In this document: positions 1-9,929 of the stretch, piece after piece | Position numbering within the stretch: position 1 is the first letter of the stretch | Layout of the letters: the number at the start of each line of letters is the position of its first letter | IMG/VR virus record: IMGVR_UViG_3300049982_000339 | Coordinates: 1 to 41,381 of that record | Length of the DNA: 41,381 bases | Strand: one strand, 5' to 3' | DNA from: a virus | Taxonomy: Duplodnaviria > Caudoviricetes | Position numbers and translations under genes: made by a program | Notes under the pieces: model-generated | The model's input: the letters and a program-made list of their open reading frames with translations, nothing else | Told to the model about the DNA's origin: nothing | Databases searched by the model: none

Positions 1-1188
1 ATGAAAAAAGCCATATCTGGTTTGTCATGTGCTGTTACTGTGGATAGCCGCGTAGATAAAGCTGGCCGCAGTAAAATTATTTTAAGGATTAGGGAAAACA
101 GGGTTAAACGTGATCTTTCCACCCGTATATGGTGGCCGAGGGAGTTGTTTGATTTGAAAAACCAGCTATTAATACCCAGGTATCCGGATGACCCGGACGT
201 TATACCGTTCAACCTTCGCCTTAATGAATACAAGGCGGTAGCACACCGGCTGCAACTGAGTGGGTATTTAAAAAAGGATGATGTTACTATCGATGACCTG
301 GTAAAAGAATTTAAAGACGTTGGCAAAGGCAACGACTTTTTTACGTTTATGGAAAGTGCCGCAAGGGAGCTATATAACGATGATATTATAGTTGCCGGCA
401 CGTACAACCGGCATAAAAGCACCTTACACACGCTGCAGCTTTATTATCGGAGCACATCTTTACCTATTAACAAGTTTAACCTGGAGCTTATACAACGGTT
501 TGATGCATGGTGCAAGCGAGTTCATAAACGCAGCCATAATACAGTCTGCGGTTACCATAAGGATCTTAAAAAATATTTGGGCATTGCACTACGCAAATGC
601 ATTATCGGCAAAAACCCTTATGAAGATTTTTCATTCGCGTATGTTGATGGTGACAGGGAGGCCTTAACGAGGGAAGAGGTGAACCGGTTGTTTGAACTAT
701 ACCATAAACCACAGTTAAAGGAAAATGAGAAGCAGGTGCTAAGGCGCTTTTTATTCAGCTGCGTCACTGGGCTGAGAGTTTCAGATACATCTTTGGTGGA
801 TAGCACAATGATCATTGACGGGGTATTGACCTTTATTCCGTTCAAGGGTAGGGTTAAGGGCAGAAAACTAAAAATCCCATTGCCGAAAATAGCGATGAGG
901 CTTATTGAGGGAAGAAGGGGCCGTTTATTTACAGATTTCAGCCATCCGTACATCAACGAAACGTTAAAGATAATTGCGGCGCGGGCTGATATTTACAAGC
1001 GGCTAACAACTCATTGCGCCCGGGATACTTTTGGAACGTTGTTTATTGAAATGAAGGGCGATGTTAAATCATTAAGCGAGATCATGGGGCATAGCAGTAC
1101 AAAAACCACTATGATTTATGTGAAAATGACTGATAAAAGGAAAGCAGATCTGATGGGCAACTTTGACCTTATGTTTGGAGAGCATTAA
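1..1188 (+). CDS. int: Tyrosine recombinase / phage integrase
   Basis: Catalytic motifs TGLRVSD (R), HCAR (HxxR), MGHS (H), TMIY (Y); N-terminal arm-binding-like region and central SAM-like region. Confidence 0.95.
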   Translation: MKKAISGLSCAVTVDSRVDKAGRSKIILRIRENRVKRDLSTRIWWPRELFDLKNQLLIPRYPDDPDVIPFNLRLNEYKAVAHRLQLSGYLKKDDVTIDDLVKEFKDVGKGNDFFTFMESAARELYNDDIIVAGTYNRHKSTLHTLQLYYRSTSLPINKFNLELIQRFDAWCKRVHKRSHNTVCGYHKDLKKYLGIALRKCIIGKNPYEDFSFAYVDGDREALTREEVNRLFELYHKPQLKENEKQVLRRFLFSCVTGLRVSDTSLVDSTMIIDGVLTFIPFKGRVKGRKLKIPLPKIAMRLIEGRRGRLFTDFSHPYINETLKIIAARADIYKRLTTHCARDTFGTLFIEMKGDVKSLSEIMGHSSTKTTMIYVKMTDKRKADLMGNFDLMFGEH

Positions 1189-1213
1189 AAAACCCGCCAA
1201 GTAGCGGGTTTTT
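1187..1213. terminator. Bidirectional intrinsic terminator
   Basis: AAAAACCCGC-CAAGTA-GCGGGTTTTT between convergent int and the 181-aa gene. Confidence 0.85.
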
Positions 1214-1230
1214 CTATTATCATCCCCATA

Positions 1231-1776
1231 TTATAATTTCGCCTTCGCTTGAGTAATTAAGTCTATCAATGAAGGCAAATCTTCGAGGTCAAGATAAAAT
1301 ATTGAGCTTCCGTACTTTTCCATATCTAAATATAGATCCCACTTTTTCTTTTTGGTTTCATTGAAAGCGCCGCTACTAAAACCGCCTCTCGAATAGTAAT
1401 TATATTCGACGGATAGCTCAGGAGACGGTGTGTTCAAAACCTTATTTTGTAAATAGTTTAAAACCTTTAAGTAAGCTTCAATCTCATCAATATCTAAAAA
1501 CGCTACTTTCTCATCCGTACTATATGTAGTGGCTTTATAGCCGCTTAAACGAAGTCCGCTGAGATCTTTCTCACTATTTATATTAATCAATTTGACCACC
1601 TGAACGGTGATGCCTTTAACTTTTCCAATAGGATAAATTTCTTTTTTTGAAAACGATCCAGCCGACCCCAAGAAAGCCTCAAAATTGCTTTGTGGCTTTG
1701 GCTCTGCTGGCTTAATCTGGCCAAAAGCTTGCGCTGATAAAAAAATGATTAGAATTAAAAGAGAATTTTTTTTCAT
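1231..1776 (-). CDS. Secreted/periplasmic accessory protein (moron)
   Basis: Signal peptide MKKNSLLILIIFLSAQAFG/Q; AT-rich; own TAATTTTG promoter element. Confidence 0.75.
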   Translation of the reverse strand: MKKNSLLILIIFLSAQAFGQIKPAEPKPQSNFEAFLGSAGSFSKKEIYPIGKVKGITVQVVKLININSEKDLSGLRLSGYKATTYSTDEKVAFLDIDEIEAYLKVLNYLQNKVLNTPSPELSVEYNYYSRGGFSSGAFNETKKKKWDLYLDMEKYGSSIFYLDLEDLPSLIDLITQAKAKL

Positions 1777-1805
1777 GTGATTTTTAGTTTAGGCTTCTAA
1801 TCTAT

Positions 1806-1813
1806 CAAAATTA
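1806..1813 (-). promoter_or_regulatory. Bacteroidota housekeeping -7 element for the moron
   Basis: TAATTTTG matches TAnnTTTG, overlaps the tape-measure stop codon, 30 nt before the ATG at 1776. Confidence 0.55.
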
Positions 1814-4800
1814 TGCTTTCGTGTCGTTATTAATTTGGTTGATATTCTCATTTTCTCTCAAAAATTGGCGCATAGGGAATTCCCAGGGCTTTTCTCTAAA
1901 AGCTTTAAATTCTTGTAAAATTTCATCTAACTTTTCATGGCTCATATCAGTATTTGTTGCCCGAGCAGTACTGGAACTAACCCCACTACCAGGCGCACCA
2001 GTCGAACTTGATGCGACAACCCCACCACTGCTCAACATACTATTAGCTGGCCGGGTCGCATAAGTTGAGTTCACGGATACAGGCGCACCGTTTCGGTATT
2101 GGCTATTGTAAAGCAACTCGTTAACCAACATCGCGTTGTTTTTGTAGGTGTCTTTACTCAAGATCATAATTGGCTCACCACCCTCCATTTCGGCAATAGG
2201 CTGCCCTGTTTTATTATTTACCAGGTTAATGCCACCATCGGCATGTGATGGGCCTCGAGGGACGAACGCGCCACCTTTAGCAAATTTTGGTGTAGGCTGG
2301 GCTGCTATTATGGCTATTTGTGCGGCGGCGGCAATACCGGCTGCTACAGACAAAAATACATTCGGCAAAGCTTTTACGACTGCTAAAGCACCATTAATAA
2401 CTGCTTGCTCTAAAGCGGCTGTTTTATCTGCTTCCCATGCTTTACGCTTTATTTCCGCTTCCTCTTTTGCATATTTATCATTTATAGTTTTCTTCTGGCT
2501 CTCAGTTAAATCCTTATTGCTTAATTCGACTTCTTTTTGATCTTCAAGCTTTTTAATTTCAGCATCCGATTGCGCTTGCCGATTACGCTGAGTTATAGTA
2601 AAAACGGCGTTTGATATGTCCTGAGCAGCCTGCAAGGCAGCTTCTTTACGCTTATCCGATTTTTTCTTTTCTTCATCTTCATTTGATTTATCGATCTCGT
2701 TTTTTCGATTGCGATTTATAGCATCAATCGTGTCCTGAAATTCTTGAGTAGCCTGCAATTCCAAGGTAAATTTATCCTTTAAAGCAGCTATTTGATCATC
2801 GTATTTTTTATTGATTCTTGCCAATTCGGTATCGTCAACACTTGCTGAGGCAACAAGTCCATCTGCGACAATCTTTCTCTTTTCCTCCTGGAAGCGATCT
2901 TCCTCCCGTAGCTTTGCATCAATAAGCGAGGCCGCTCTACCTTTTTCTATAACAGCAATCAGTTCCTGATTTGCACCGGCATCTCTAACTAATCCATCAT
3001 AAAACGTGTTTATATTGGCTTGTTCCTTTTCCAGCTCTGTTTGAAGCTTGGCTGTAAGCCCCTGGTTAAACTTAAGAATGGCGTCTACTGTGTCTTTTTC
3101 CTGTTTAACCTTTAACTCATTTACAGCGGCTTTTTTTTCTGCGGCCAAATCATCCATACGTGCAATAATGATGTCATGCTCCGCCTGGGTAATGCGCTTT
3201 TTGGTCAACCCTTCTTTTTGTTTTTCGATTTCCTTATCAAACTTATCAGCAAGCGCCTGCACTTCTTTGTCGTTCTTGGATAAAGTATTTAACATCTGGC
3301 TGGCCTCAAACTGTTCATACTCTTTGGCCAAGGCCTCCAATCCTTTTATAGTTGAATCACGTTCAGCCTCTGCTTTTTTTCGAGCAGCATCCTGTTCTGC
3401 GGACGACGGGCCACTGGTAGGCTTGTCAATAATGCCTAAAAGGTCTTTCTTTTTAGCGGCAAGTTCCTTTAATCGGATTTCATCTTTGGCTTTAGCTTCT
3501 TCGCTTTCGGCTTGCATGCGTTTACGGATGGCCTTTTCTTCAAAATCGATCGATTTTAATTGTTCATCCCTAACCTTTTGCTGCATAATGGCATTAGCCC
3601 CCATCAAATCAGCCTCTTCCTTAAAAGAATCGCTAATTCTCTTTCTACCGTTGAGTATAAGGTCGACATCTTTCAAAGCCTTTGATTCTGCATAAGTACC
3701 AGAACTTGCGCCGCCGGTGCCTTGCCCTGTTGAAAAACCCGCAATCTGCCTTTGTTTGGCAGATTCCTGAAGAGCTATATTTTTAATCTGTTCATCATTA
3801 AGCTTAGCTAATTCGGTCATTGAAAGCCCGGATGCTTTTGCCACACGTTCGCGAGCTTCCGCTTCATCCTTTATAGCAGCGTTGCGTTTTTCCTGAATGC
3901 CTTTTATTTTTTCCTCATTTACGGCAATAAAAATTCGATCACGATATTGCTGGTTTACCTGTTCAAGTTTTTGTATTAAAAAATCGTTGGTAGCGGCTTC
4001 CTTACTGATGTTGCCAATAAAATCAGGGTACTTAGTTTGCAATTCATCTATTAACCTATTTCTTACCGCCTGGTTAGTATTGGTAATGGCTAACGCCCCT
4101 ACCAAACTATTCAACTCAGATTGTTCCTGCTGTAATTTTTCAGGCAAGGTTGTACTTGTTGCTTTTTCTACAAAACCCAAAAACGGGTCAAGAACAGCGG
4201 CCTTTAAAGCTTTACCCTTAACTATCCACTGCCCTAAGCTTTCCTGAATATTGCCAATTCTCGTTTCATACCGCTGAACTATACCTACGTCGGTATCGCT
4301 TATAGCTTTCGCCCGACCTCCAAATTCTTTATTTAATTCCTTTAGCAGGATGGCCTGTGCGCCCATCATGTCATTACTTTTAACAAGCGTTTTTATCTGT
4401 TCCTTTTGCTGGTCATCCAAAGCAACACCTGCTTTTTTCCATGCAGTTGTTCCGGCAATAGGATCGTTTAGCCCTTTGCCAACAAGTATAGCTGTTCTTT
4501 GGATGCCTTCCATTGTCACCCTGCCACCATTTAGCGCTGCGGTCATATCAACAATGGCTGGTAGAGCATCTTCATATATTTTGCCTCTGACATTCGTAAA
4601 CGTCAAAAGCATATCCTCACCCTTAGCAATTACATCATCATCAACGCCTGTTTGATTCATTAATGCTTCCTGGTATTTGTTAAGTTTTTCGATAGTTTCA
4701 CCGGCTACACCTCCCGTTGAACGTATTACCGCTTGCAGCTGTGTTTGCGTGCGTTGTGCTTCGTCATAGCCCTGCTCGGCACCAGAAAACAAATCTTTTA

Positions 4801-5134
4801 CTGCACCAATTGCAGCACTTACACCTTTGTATACCAATGTAGCTGCGGTGACGTTGCCCGCCATTTCAGCAAATCCATCTTTGAACGAGTCAAAAAAACT
4901 CTTTTGTGTATCTGCAGTATTGAATATGGCGGCGCGATGTTCTTTTTGAGCGGCCGTTAGCCTTGCTAATTCTTTTACGCGCTCCCTGTAAAGCTTAGGA
5001 TCATCCGCCTCATTCATTTTGGAAAGTGCCGCCCTGGTCGCGTTTACGGCCGAGGTTACGTCTCTGAGTGAGGTTTTGGTTTGTTCACCGTTCAGGATGA
5101 GGGTAACGGTGCTTTGTGTGTCTAATTTGCCCAT
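1811..5134 (-). CDS. Tail tape measure protein (start revised to the ATG at 5134, 1107 aa)
   Basis: Long helical/coiled-coil Ala/Glu/Lys-rich protein, hydrophobic AAGIAAAAQIAIIAAQ segment, FAKGG...GPSHADGG...EGGE motif; ATG lies 40 nt from the late motif. Confidence 0.92.
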   Translation of the reverse strand: MGKLDTQSTVTLILNGEQTKTSLRDVTSAVNATRAALSKMNEADDPKLYRERVKELARLTAAQKEHRAAIFNTADTQKSFFDSFKDGFAEMAGNVTAATLVYKGVSAAIGAVKDLFSGAEQGYDEAQRTQTQLQAVIRSTGGVAGETIEKLNKYQEALMNQTGVDDDVIAKGEDMLLTFTNVRGKIYEDALPAIVDMTAALNGGRVTMEGIQRTAILVGKGLNDPIAGTTAWKKAGVALDDQQKEQIKTLVKSNDMMGAQAILLKELNKEFGGRAKAISDTDVGIVQRYETRIGNIQESLGQWIVKGKALKAAVLDPFLGFVEKATSTTLPEKLQQEQSELNSLVGALAITNTNQAVRNRLIDELQTKYPDFIGNISKEAATNDFLIQKLEQVNQQYRDRIFIAVNEEKIKGIQEKRNAAIKDEAEARERVAKASGLSMTELAKLNDEQIKNIALQESAKQRQIAGFSTGQGTGGASSGTYAESKALKDVDLILNGRKRISDSFKEEADLMGANAIMQQKVRDEQLKSIDFEEKAIRKRMQAESEEAKAKDEIRLKELAAKKKDLLGIIDKPTSGPSSAEQDAARKKAEAERDSTIKGLEALAKEYEQFEASQMLNTLSKNDKEVQALADKFDKEIEKQKEGLTKKRITQAEHDIIIARMDDLAAEKKAAVNELKVKQEKDTVDAILKFNQGLTAKLQTELEKEQANINTFYDGLVRDAGANQELIAVIEKGRAASLIDAKLREEDRFQEEKRKIVADGLVASASVDDTELARINKKYDDQIAALKDKFTLELQATQEFQDTIDAINRNRKNEIDKSNEDEEKKKSDKRKEAALQAAQDISNAVFTITQRNRQAQSDAEIKKLEDQKEVELSNKDLTESQKKTINDKYAKEEAEIKRKAWEADKTAALEQAVINGALAVVKALPNVFLSVAAGIAAAAQIAIIAAQPTPKFAKGGAFVPRGPSHADGGINLVNNKTGQPIAEMEGGEPIMILSKDTYKNNAMLVNELLYNSQYRNGAPVSVNSTYATRPANSMLSSGGVVASSSTGAPGSGVSSSTARATNTDMSHEKLDEILQEFKAFREKPWEFPMRQFLRENENINQINNDTKA

Positions 5135-5174
5135 GCTCAAATTAGCACCGGGCAAGGGGTTTAATAAAGGACAG
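5135..5174 (-). promoter_or_regulatory. Late promoter copy 1
   Basis: CTGTCCTTTATTAA...CTAATTTG-AGC-ATG. Confidence 0.8.
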
Positions 5175-5636
5175 TTAAGCGGCCAGCTTAACCTCAACTG
5201 TTAGTGCAGCGCTGATCTGTATTGGGATCTCTTTGTTAAACATTTTTGCATATAATTCTTTGAATGACTGCACTTCGCGGTAATAAGTCTTTGAAAACCA
5301 TTTTACAGGTTTACGGCGATACTTTTTTAAAGTGCCATTATCATTCCGAGCTGCAGAGAACGCTCCTGAGCCGGCGCCGCCAATTGGAACGCCCCGGCCT
5401 ACACCCATGTCCCAAAATCGGCCATATTGCAAAAATTTCAATACTACTTTATCAATATTTCCACCATTGCGCGAGAGCTCATTTCTAATCGACTTCATTA
5501 ATTCCCGGGTGGCGGCAGCGCTCATGTGTTCCTCAATATACTCCTGCAGGTGCAATACCGTATACTTAGCCCATTCTGTCGCCAGCTTGTCTGTATCCAG
5601 ATTTAATTGAACGGCTTTGAAACTATCAGTGGCCAT
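5175..5636 (-). CDS. Putative neck/tail-completion protein
   Basis: FLQYGRFWDMGVG motif resembling gp10/Ne1-type neck proteins; tail-module position. Confidence 0.5.
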   Translation of the reverse strand: MATDSFKAVQLNLDTDKLATEWAKYTVLHLQEYIEEHMSAAATRELMKSIRNELSRNGGNIDKVVLKFLQYGRFWDMGVGRGVPIGGAGSGAFSAARNDNGTLKKYRRKPVKWFSKTYYREVQSFKELYAKMFNKEIPIQISAALTVEVKLAA

Positions 5637-5641
5637 AGGAT

Positions 5642-7681
5642 TTAAATAACAGTATAAAGCGTGCTTGCATCAATAAAGTATTCCCAAACGAGTGGCGTGC
5701 CGCCCTGGTTGGTAAACTGCTGCGCATTGGCTAACAGCATGCTTTCGCTGCCGGCACTGGTGCAGTTTACATTGAGGTAGCTAAATGTTGCCGGTGTTCC
5801 GGCCGGGTTGGAAAACGCGATCTTAAGGCGAATATTCAGGCTAACTACATCTTTTGGAATGGTGCCGGCAGCATCAGAATAGAACCTGGCCACTACATCC
5901 ATATTGATTGTTTGATAACGCGGTGGCGGATATGGATGATCAACGTTTTTGAAATTTTGGGTAACCAGTTTAACGTAAACCAAGCCGTTATCCGGTGGTG
6001 GTATAGGCGGATCAACCGGCACGCCTTCAATCGGCAGGATCTGCTGTGTGTTGTTAGGCTGTATATCCGGATACAATGTTATCAGGGCCATAATCACGGG
6101 ACCCTTTCCCAGGTCGGCGCTGGCCACATCATACATACATTCAACAGTGGCCTCGTTAAGGTCTTTTACCAGTATCCGCGAATCAGGCGTTAGATCACGC
6201 AGGTCCTGATGGTTAAGCTTAAAACCCTGCTGAAACGGCCTGGAGTTTTTAAGATAGGTATAATACTCCTGCATGCCGGAGTAAGCAGCACCGTTAAAGT
6301 TAAGCGCCAGTGTAAACGGTGTGAGTTGGTTATCGGAGAAATCCAAGTTGTCCGACGAGCCGTATGGATATAAGTCTGCCGCAGAGTCCTGAACCATCCC
6401 GTGATAATATAAAAACCGCAATTTAAAGTTGTGCCGGTCAGATTCCTTAAAATCAGAGATCTGATCAAGCGGCGTTGTTGGGCATACCGGCATTTTTATA
6501 TTAGGAATACGCCAGTTACGAAATGTAGCATGTGCCGGCGATGTTTCCTTTATCATCATAGTGGCCACGCCGTTTAATGTGATGGGTTCAACGGTACTGT
6601 TATCGGCTGCAACACCAATATTTAATACCGGCATGGTATCTTTCGATATATTCTCGAATGCCTTGTCGCTATCCTCAAACGCCTGGGTAATGGTATAAGC
6701 GCTTGGAGAGGTACCTGTCTCGCGGTAACTTTTGGCCAGTTGTTTTGTGCGCAGATCTACCACCTTGCCCTTTACCCGCATATTTTTTAAGCTGGAAACT
6801 GTGCAAAGCATATCGGTTTGATTAAACGCGATGAGCAAGCCAAATTGAGTGCGCAGTTCTTTTAAAAAATCCGACACCACAATATCCGGCATAAAATAAA
6901 CATAATCGGCAATGCTGTATTTGAGAACCGAAATATTGCTAAAGATGCATACCCTGTTGGCAATTTCACTTTCCAGCCATTCACCCTGGGGAGTATATCC
7001 AAAATACTTAAGGATCCTTTTCACTACGTAGGCCACTGTAAAAAATGGCGTATGGGTTTCACTGTCAGCCGGACCAACATCAACAACGAACTGGCCAAGC
7101 AGGGTCGATAAATTAATCTTCCAGGCATTAATATAAGGGTTAACGGGAAAAGCAATATCCGGATAGGCGCCTTGATCTGCCACAGGGATGTCTTTATAGG
7201 CGAGCTCATTTTTATACGGGAAAAAGTACATAGGCACAGTACCAGGTATAGCAACCGTGGTGCTCATCATATAATTCCGAAACTCAACGGCATTAGGGAA
7301 GTTAAGCTGATCATCAATATTTGGATCGGCGAGCTCATGCAACTTTTTAGTTTTTAGCTGAGGGGCGATAATACTGCTGTTTAGCTTTAGCTCATAAACA
7401 ATGTCAACGTTCTCGATCCGGAATGTCATTACAGCCTCTTTAAATGGCATATCTTTAAGCCACATCATTACCTGTACGGTACGCAATGCGTTGTCAGTAT
7501 TTATGTAATGCGAATTTCTGATCAGCCGGCGATTGGGCAAAAGCGGAAGCTTTCCTGAGAAACTTTTGTCTCCCAGGAAATCGCCCTGCCTATTAAAAAA
7601 GCTGGACTGAAAGTCCATTGGTAATGAACTTTCGCCCATTACAAAGAATTCGCCGGTTTCTAAGATCGAAATTCGAAACAT
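5642..7681 (-). CDS. Putative tail tip/hub protein
   Basis: 679 aa beta-rich ORF in the tail operon; Pro-rich linker then C-terminal beta domain. Confidence 0.6.
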   Translation of the reverse strand: MFRISILETGEFFVMGESSLPMDFQSSFFNRQGDFLGDKSFSGKLPLLPNRRLIRNSHYINTDNALRTVQVMMWLKDMPFKEAVMTFRIENVDIVYELKLNSSIIAPQLKTKKLHELADPNIDDQLNFPNAVEFRNYMMSTTVAIPGTVPMYFFPYKNELAYKDIPVADQGAYPDIAFPVNPYINAWKINLSTLLGQFVVDVGPADSETHTPFFTVAYVVKRILKYFGYTPQGEWLESEIANRVCIFSNISVLKYSIADYVYFMPDIVVSDFLKELRTQFGLLIAFNQTDMLCTVSSLKNMRVKGKVVDLRTKQLAKSYRETGTSPSAYTITQAFEDSDKAFENISKDTMPVLNIGVAADNSTVEPITLNGVATMMIKETSPAHATFRNWRIPNIKMPVCPTTPLDQISDFKESDRHNFKLRFLYYHGMVQDSAADLYPYGSSDNLDFSDNQLTPFTLALNFNGAAYSGMQEYYTYLKNSRPFQQGFKLNHQDLRDLTPDSRILVKDLNEATVECMYDVASADLGKGPVIMALITLYPDIQPNNTQQILPIEGVPVDPPIPPPDNGLVYVKLVTQNFKNVDHPYPPPRYQTINMDVVARFYSDAAGTIPKDVVSLNIRLKIAFSNPAGTPATFSYLNVNCTSAGSESMLLANAQQFTNQGGTPLVWEYFIDASTLYTVI

Positions 7682-7683
7682 AA

Positions 7684-8067
7684 TTACTTTTTACGCTTTA
7701 TAACCTTCAAACTATCCGCTACAAACTTTTCCCTATCATTTAATAATTGCCTGTTCACCTGTTGCTCAATAAGTGAATGAATGGCCGCAAAACTCTTTTC
7801 TACCTCGTCCAATTTATTAAATGGCATCTGTGTAGTTTTCAGGTAAGGAAGCAGGCCCGCTTTCGAGGTAATTAAAACTGACGCAATTTGATCGTAGGTT
7901 AGCCCTATAAGGTAAACCGTTTTTGGGTCGGGAGCGTAAGGCTTTGCTTTTGCGGTATCCTTTTTCACCGTTGCGGCGGTTGATTGCTTTAAACTGTCTT
8001 TTTTTGTCTGAGCGAATGATACGAATGTGAACGCCAGAAGGGCGATGATTAAGATTGATTTTTTCAT
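7684..8067 (-). CDS. Signal-peptide protein, possible fibre chaperone
   Basis: MKKSILIIALLAFTFVSFA/Q signal; helical C-terminal half; directly follows the fibre gene. Confidence 0.6.
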   Translation of the reverse strand: MKKSILIIALLAFTFVSFAQTKKDSLKQSTAATVKKDTAKAKPYAPDPKTVYLIGLTYDQIASVLITSKAGLLPYLKTTQMPFNKLDEVEKSFAAIHSLIEQQVNRQLLNDREKFVADSLKVIKRKK

Positions 8068-8088
8068 GATTGTTATTTGTCTATTGAT

Positions 8089-9927
8089 TTATAGTGCTGT
8101 AGATATTAATGCGCCTGAATTATTTATTGTTATTCTCCAACGCGCACTATTTGGAGACTTTAATATTAAGCCTTTAGTTGGGTCTGTTATTTCAAAATCA
8201 AATGCGGTATTAATTTGTCCACTTCCGAGTATTGACATTCTTGTAACGTTTGCTGTTTTAAAAGTCATACCTGCCGCTGCATCTCCCGTGTTAGTTGTAA
8301 TAGTTATACCGCCTGCCGTTGCACCGCCGAATGTATCTGATAAAAGTCTTGCACCTACGATGTCACCTGATACAGTGGCTATACCCGTAACAGTTATACC
8401 TGAATTAGCCCGAAGATTTTTTACAATGGTCATCACCTGTGTGTTAAAATCTACTAAGTAAACATTACCCACCCCGCTGGCACCAAAATTTAAAACATCA
8501 CCAACAGAGGCCGTTGTCCACTGGTGGGCACCGTTAGTTCGGTCCTCTAAAGCAAAATTACCAGCACTTCCCCCCGCTTTTATGACACTACCAGTCACGT
8601 TGCCTGAAAAGATAGCCGCCTTAGTACTTCTATTAATCGAAAATGGAATAGTACCGTCAATAGTTAAGTTCCAATTGGAATCCGTTGCGTCAGTTCCCAT
8701 GAACCAGCCCTCAACTCCATTTCTTAAAGCTACAACCCCTAATCTCCGGTCTGCATTTAAGGAAGCTACTTTTAACATTGCAGCAACAATATCTCCTGGA
8801 GCAGCATTACCATAAGCAGAAGTTAAAAATTGAGCCCCACCTACAACACCTGTAAAATTTGCTGTTGTACCATTTAAGTTCCCGGTTAAATTGGCACCTG
8901 GCATAACAGGGCTTTGAGGGAATGTTACTACTTGTGTAGCGTAATTAGCAGTCCAAAAGTCGTTATAGGTACCGCTATTACTGACACCAAAATGGAAACC
9001 ATCATCGCCATACATGGTGTATTGAAAGCCGTTAGACCTATCCTCTACATTAATTGCTGATCCTGTCCCTGATGCTAAGATGGTATTCCCCCGTAAGAGA
9101 CCCTGGGTTCTGATTTCTTGTACTACAGAAATTCTTGCATTCTGTACATAAACAACTTGGTTAGCATCCACAATTGCCCAATTCCTTACCGCCGCTGCTG
9201 TAGGAAATTGATTTGCTGATGCACTTACCGTTATTGTATTTATTTTGTTTGCTGTGTTTTCGGGAACATATCCGAAATTACCCTTAACAATAGCCCAATT
9301 GCCTGATGTTTGTCCGGGATTGTCGGATAAGGCCCTTAGCCAGTCGCCAATTCCAACGGCCACGCCGCTGAGAGTGCCCGCGCCATTTATGGCCCAAAGA
9401 TTACCTTTTAAAATTGACCCGGAGGCTCCTGAACCGCCGGTTGTTGGATAAACATCGCCTGAGGCGTTATAACTCCCTCTATCGCTAAGTAACCCCACTA
9501 CAAGACCATCGGCATACGTTTTTACGGCTCGTTGCGTTGGGTACAACGTTGTGCTTGTCCCCAATGCTGAGTTATCACTTTTATTAGATAAATGCTCAAC
9601 TGATATGTCATTAGCTTTTAACGCCGCTATGCTATCTATATAAGCCTTATCATTGCCTACTTTTTCAATCAAGCCGGTTAAGGGGTTATATATATATAGC
9701 CCACGAGCCGCACCTGTTTTGATCCACAAACCCTTTGCTTTTATACTGTCGGGCACATATGCCGGCATGTGAAAAACGTCGGCATTCGGTAGGGCAAAAA
9801 AGAATTTTGCCTGTGCAGCGCGGTCACTAAGTACCTGGTTCTGCCGAGAGCGCTCGTAAGGTGGCAATTGTTGTGCTGATCCGTAAAGGCTGGCCAGCAT
9901 TAGAATAAATAAAATGTACTTTTTCAT
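8089..9927 (-). CDS. Tail-fibre/receptor-binding-like protein with N-terminal signal peptide
   Basis: Gly/Ser/Thr/Asn-rich; fibre-type motifs YPTQRAVKTYAD, RGSYNAS...GDW, YVPENTANK, C-terminal GLILKSPNSARWRITINNSG; signal MKKYILFILMLASLYGSA/Q. Confidence 0.75.
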   Translation of the reverse strand: MKKYILFILMLASLYGSAQQLPPYERSRQNQVLSDRAAQAKFFFALPNADVFHMPAYVPDSIKAKGLWIKTGAARGLYIYNPLTGLIEKVGNDKAYIDSIAALKANDISVEHLSNKSDNSALGTSTTLYPTQRAVKTYADGLVVGLLSDRGSYNASGDVYPTTGGSGASGSILKGNLWAINGAGTLSGVAVGIGDWLRALSDNPGQTSGNWAIVKGNFGYVPENTANKINTITVSASANQFPTAAAVRNWAIVDANQVVYVQNARISVVQEIRTQGLLRGNTILASGTGSAINVEDRSNGFQYTMYGDDGFHFGVSNSGTYNDFWTANYATQVVTFPQSPVMPGANLTGNLNGTTANFTGVVGGAQFLTSAYGNAAPGDIVAAMLKVASLNADRRLGVVALRNGVEGWFMGTDATDSNWNLTIDGTIPFSINRSTKAAIFSGNVTGSVIKAGGSAGNFALEDRTNGAHQWTTASVGDVLNFGASGVGNVYLVDFNTQVMTIVKNLRANSGITVTGIATVSGDIVGARLLSDTFGGATAGGITITTNTGDAAAGMTFKTANVTRMSILGSGQINTAFDFEITDPTKGLILKSPNSARWRITINNSGALISTAL

Positions 9928-9929
9928 GT

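Noticed and set aside
5135-5197. ORF-track starts at 5197, 17510 and 21022
   Set aside because: Non-ATG starts that run through the late promoter; in-frame ATGs at the conserved 40-41 nt spacing fit better
1821-5204. Many plus-strand ORFs opposite the tape measure gene, and similar shadow ORFs across the window
   Set aside because: Antisense shadows of long coding genes; Ser/Phe/Leu-rich composition and no initiation signals
8089-9927. Diversity-generating retroelement or invertible fibre cassette
   Set aside because: No reverse transcriptase, no adenine-variant template/variable repeat pair and no dedicated invertase seen
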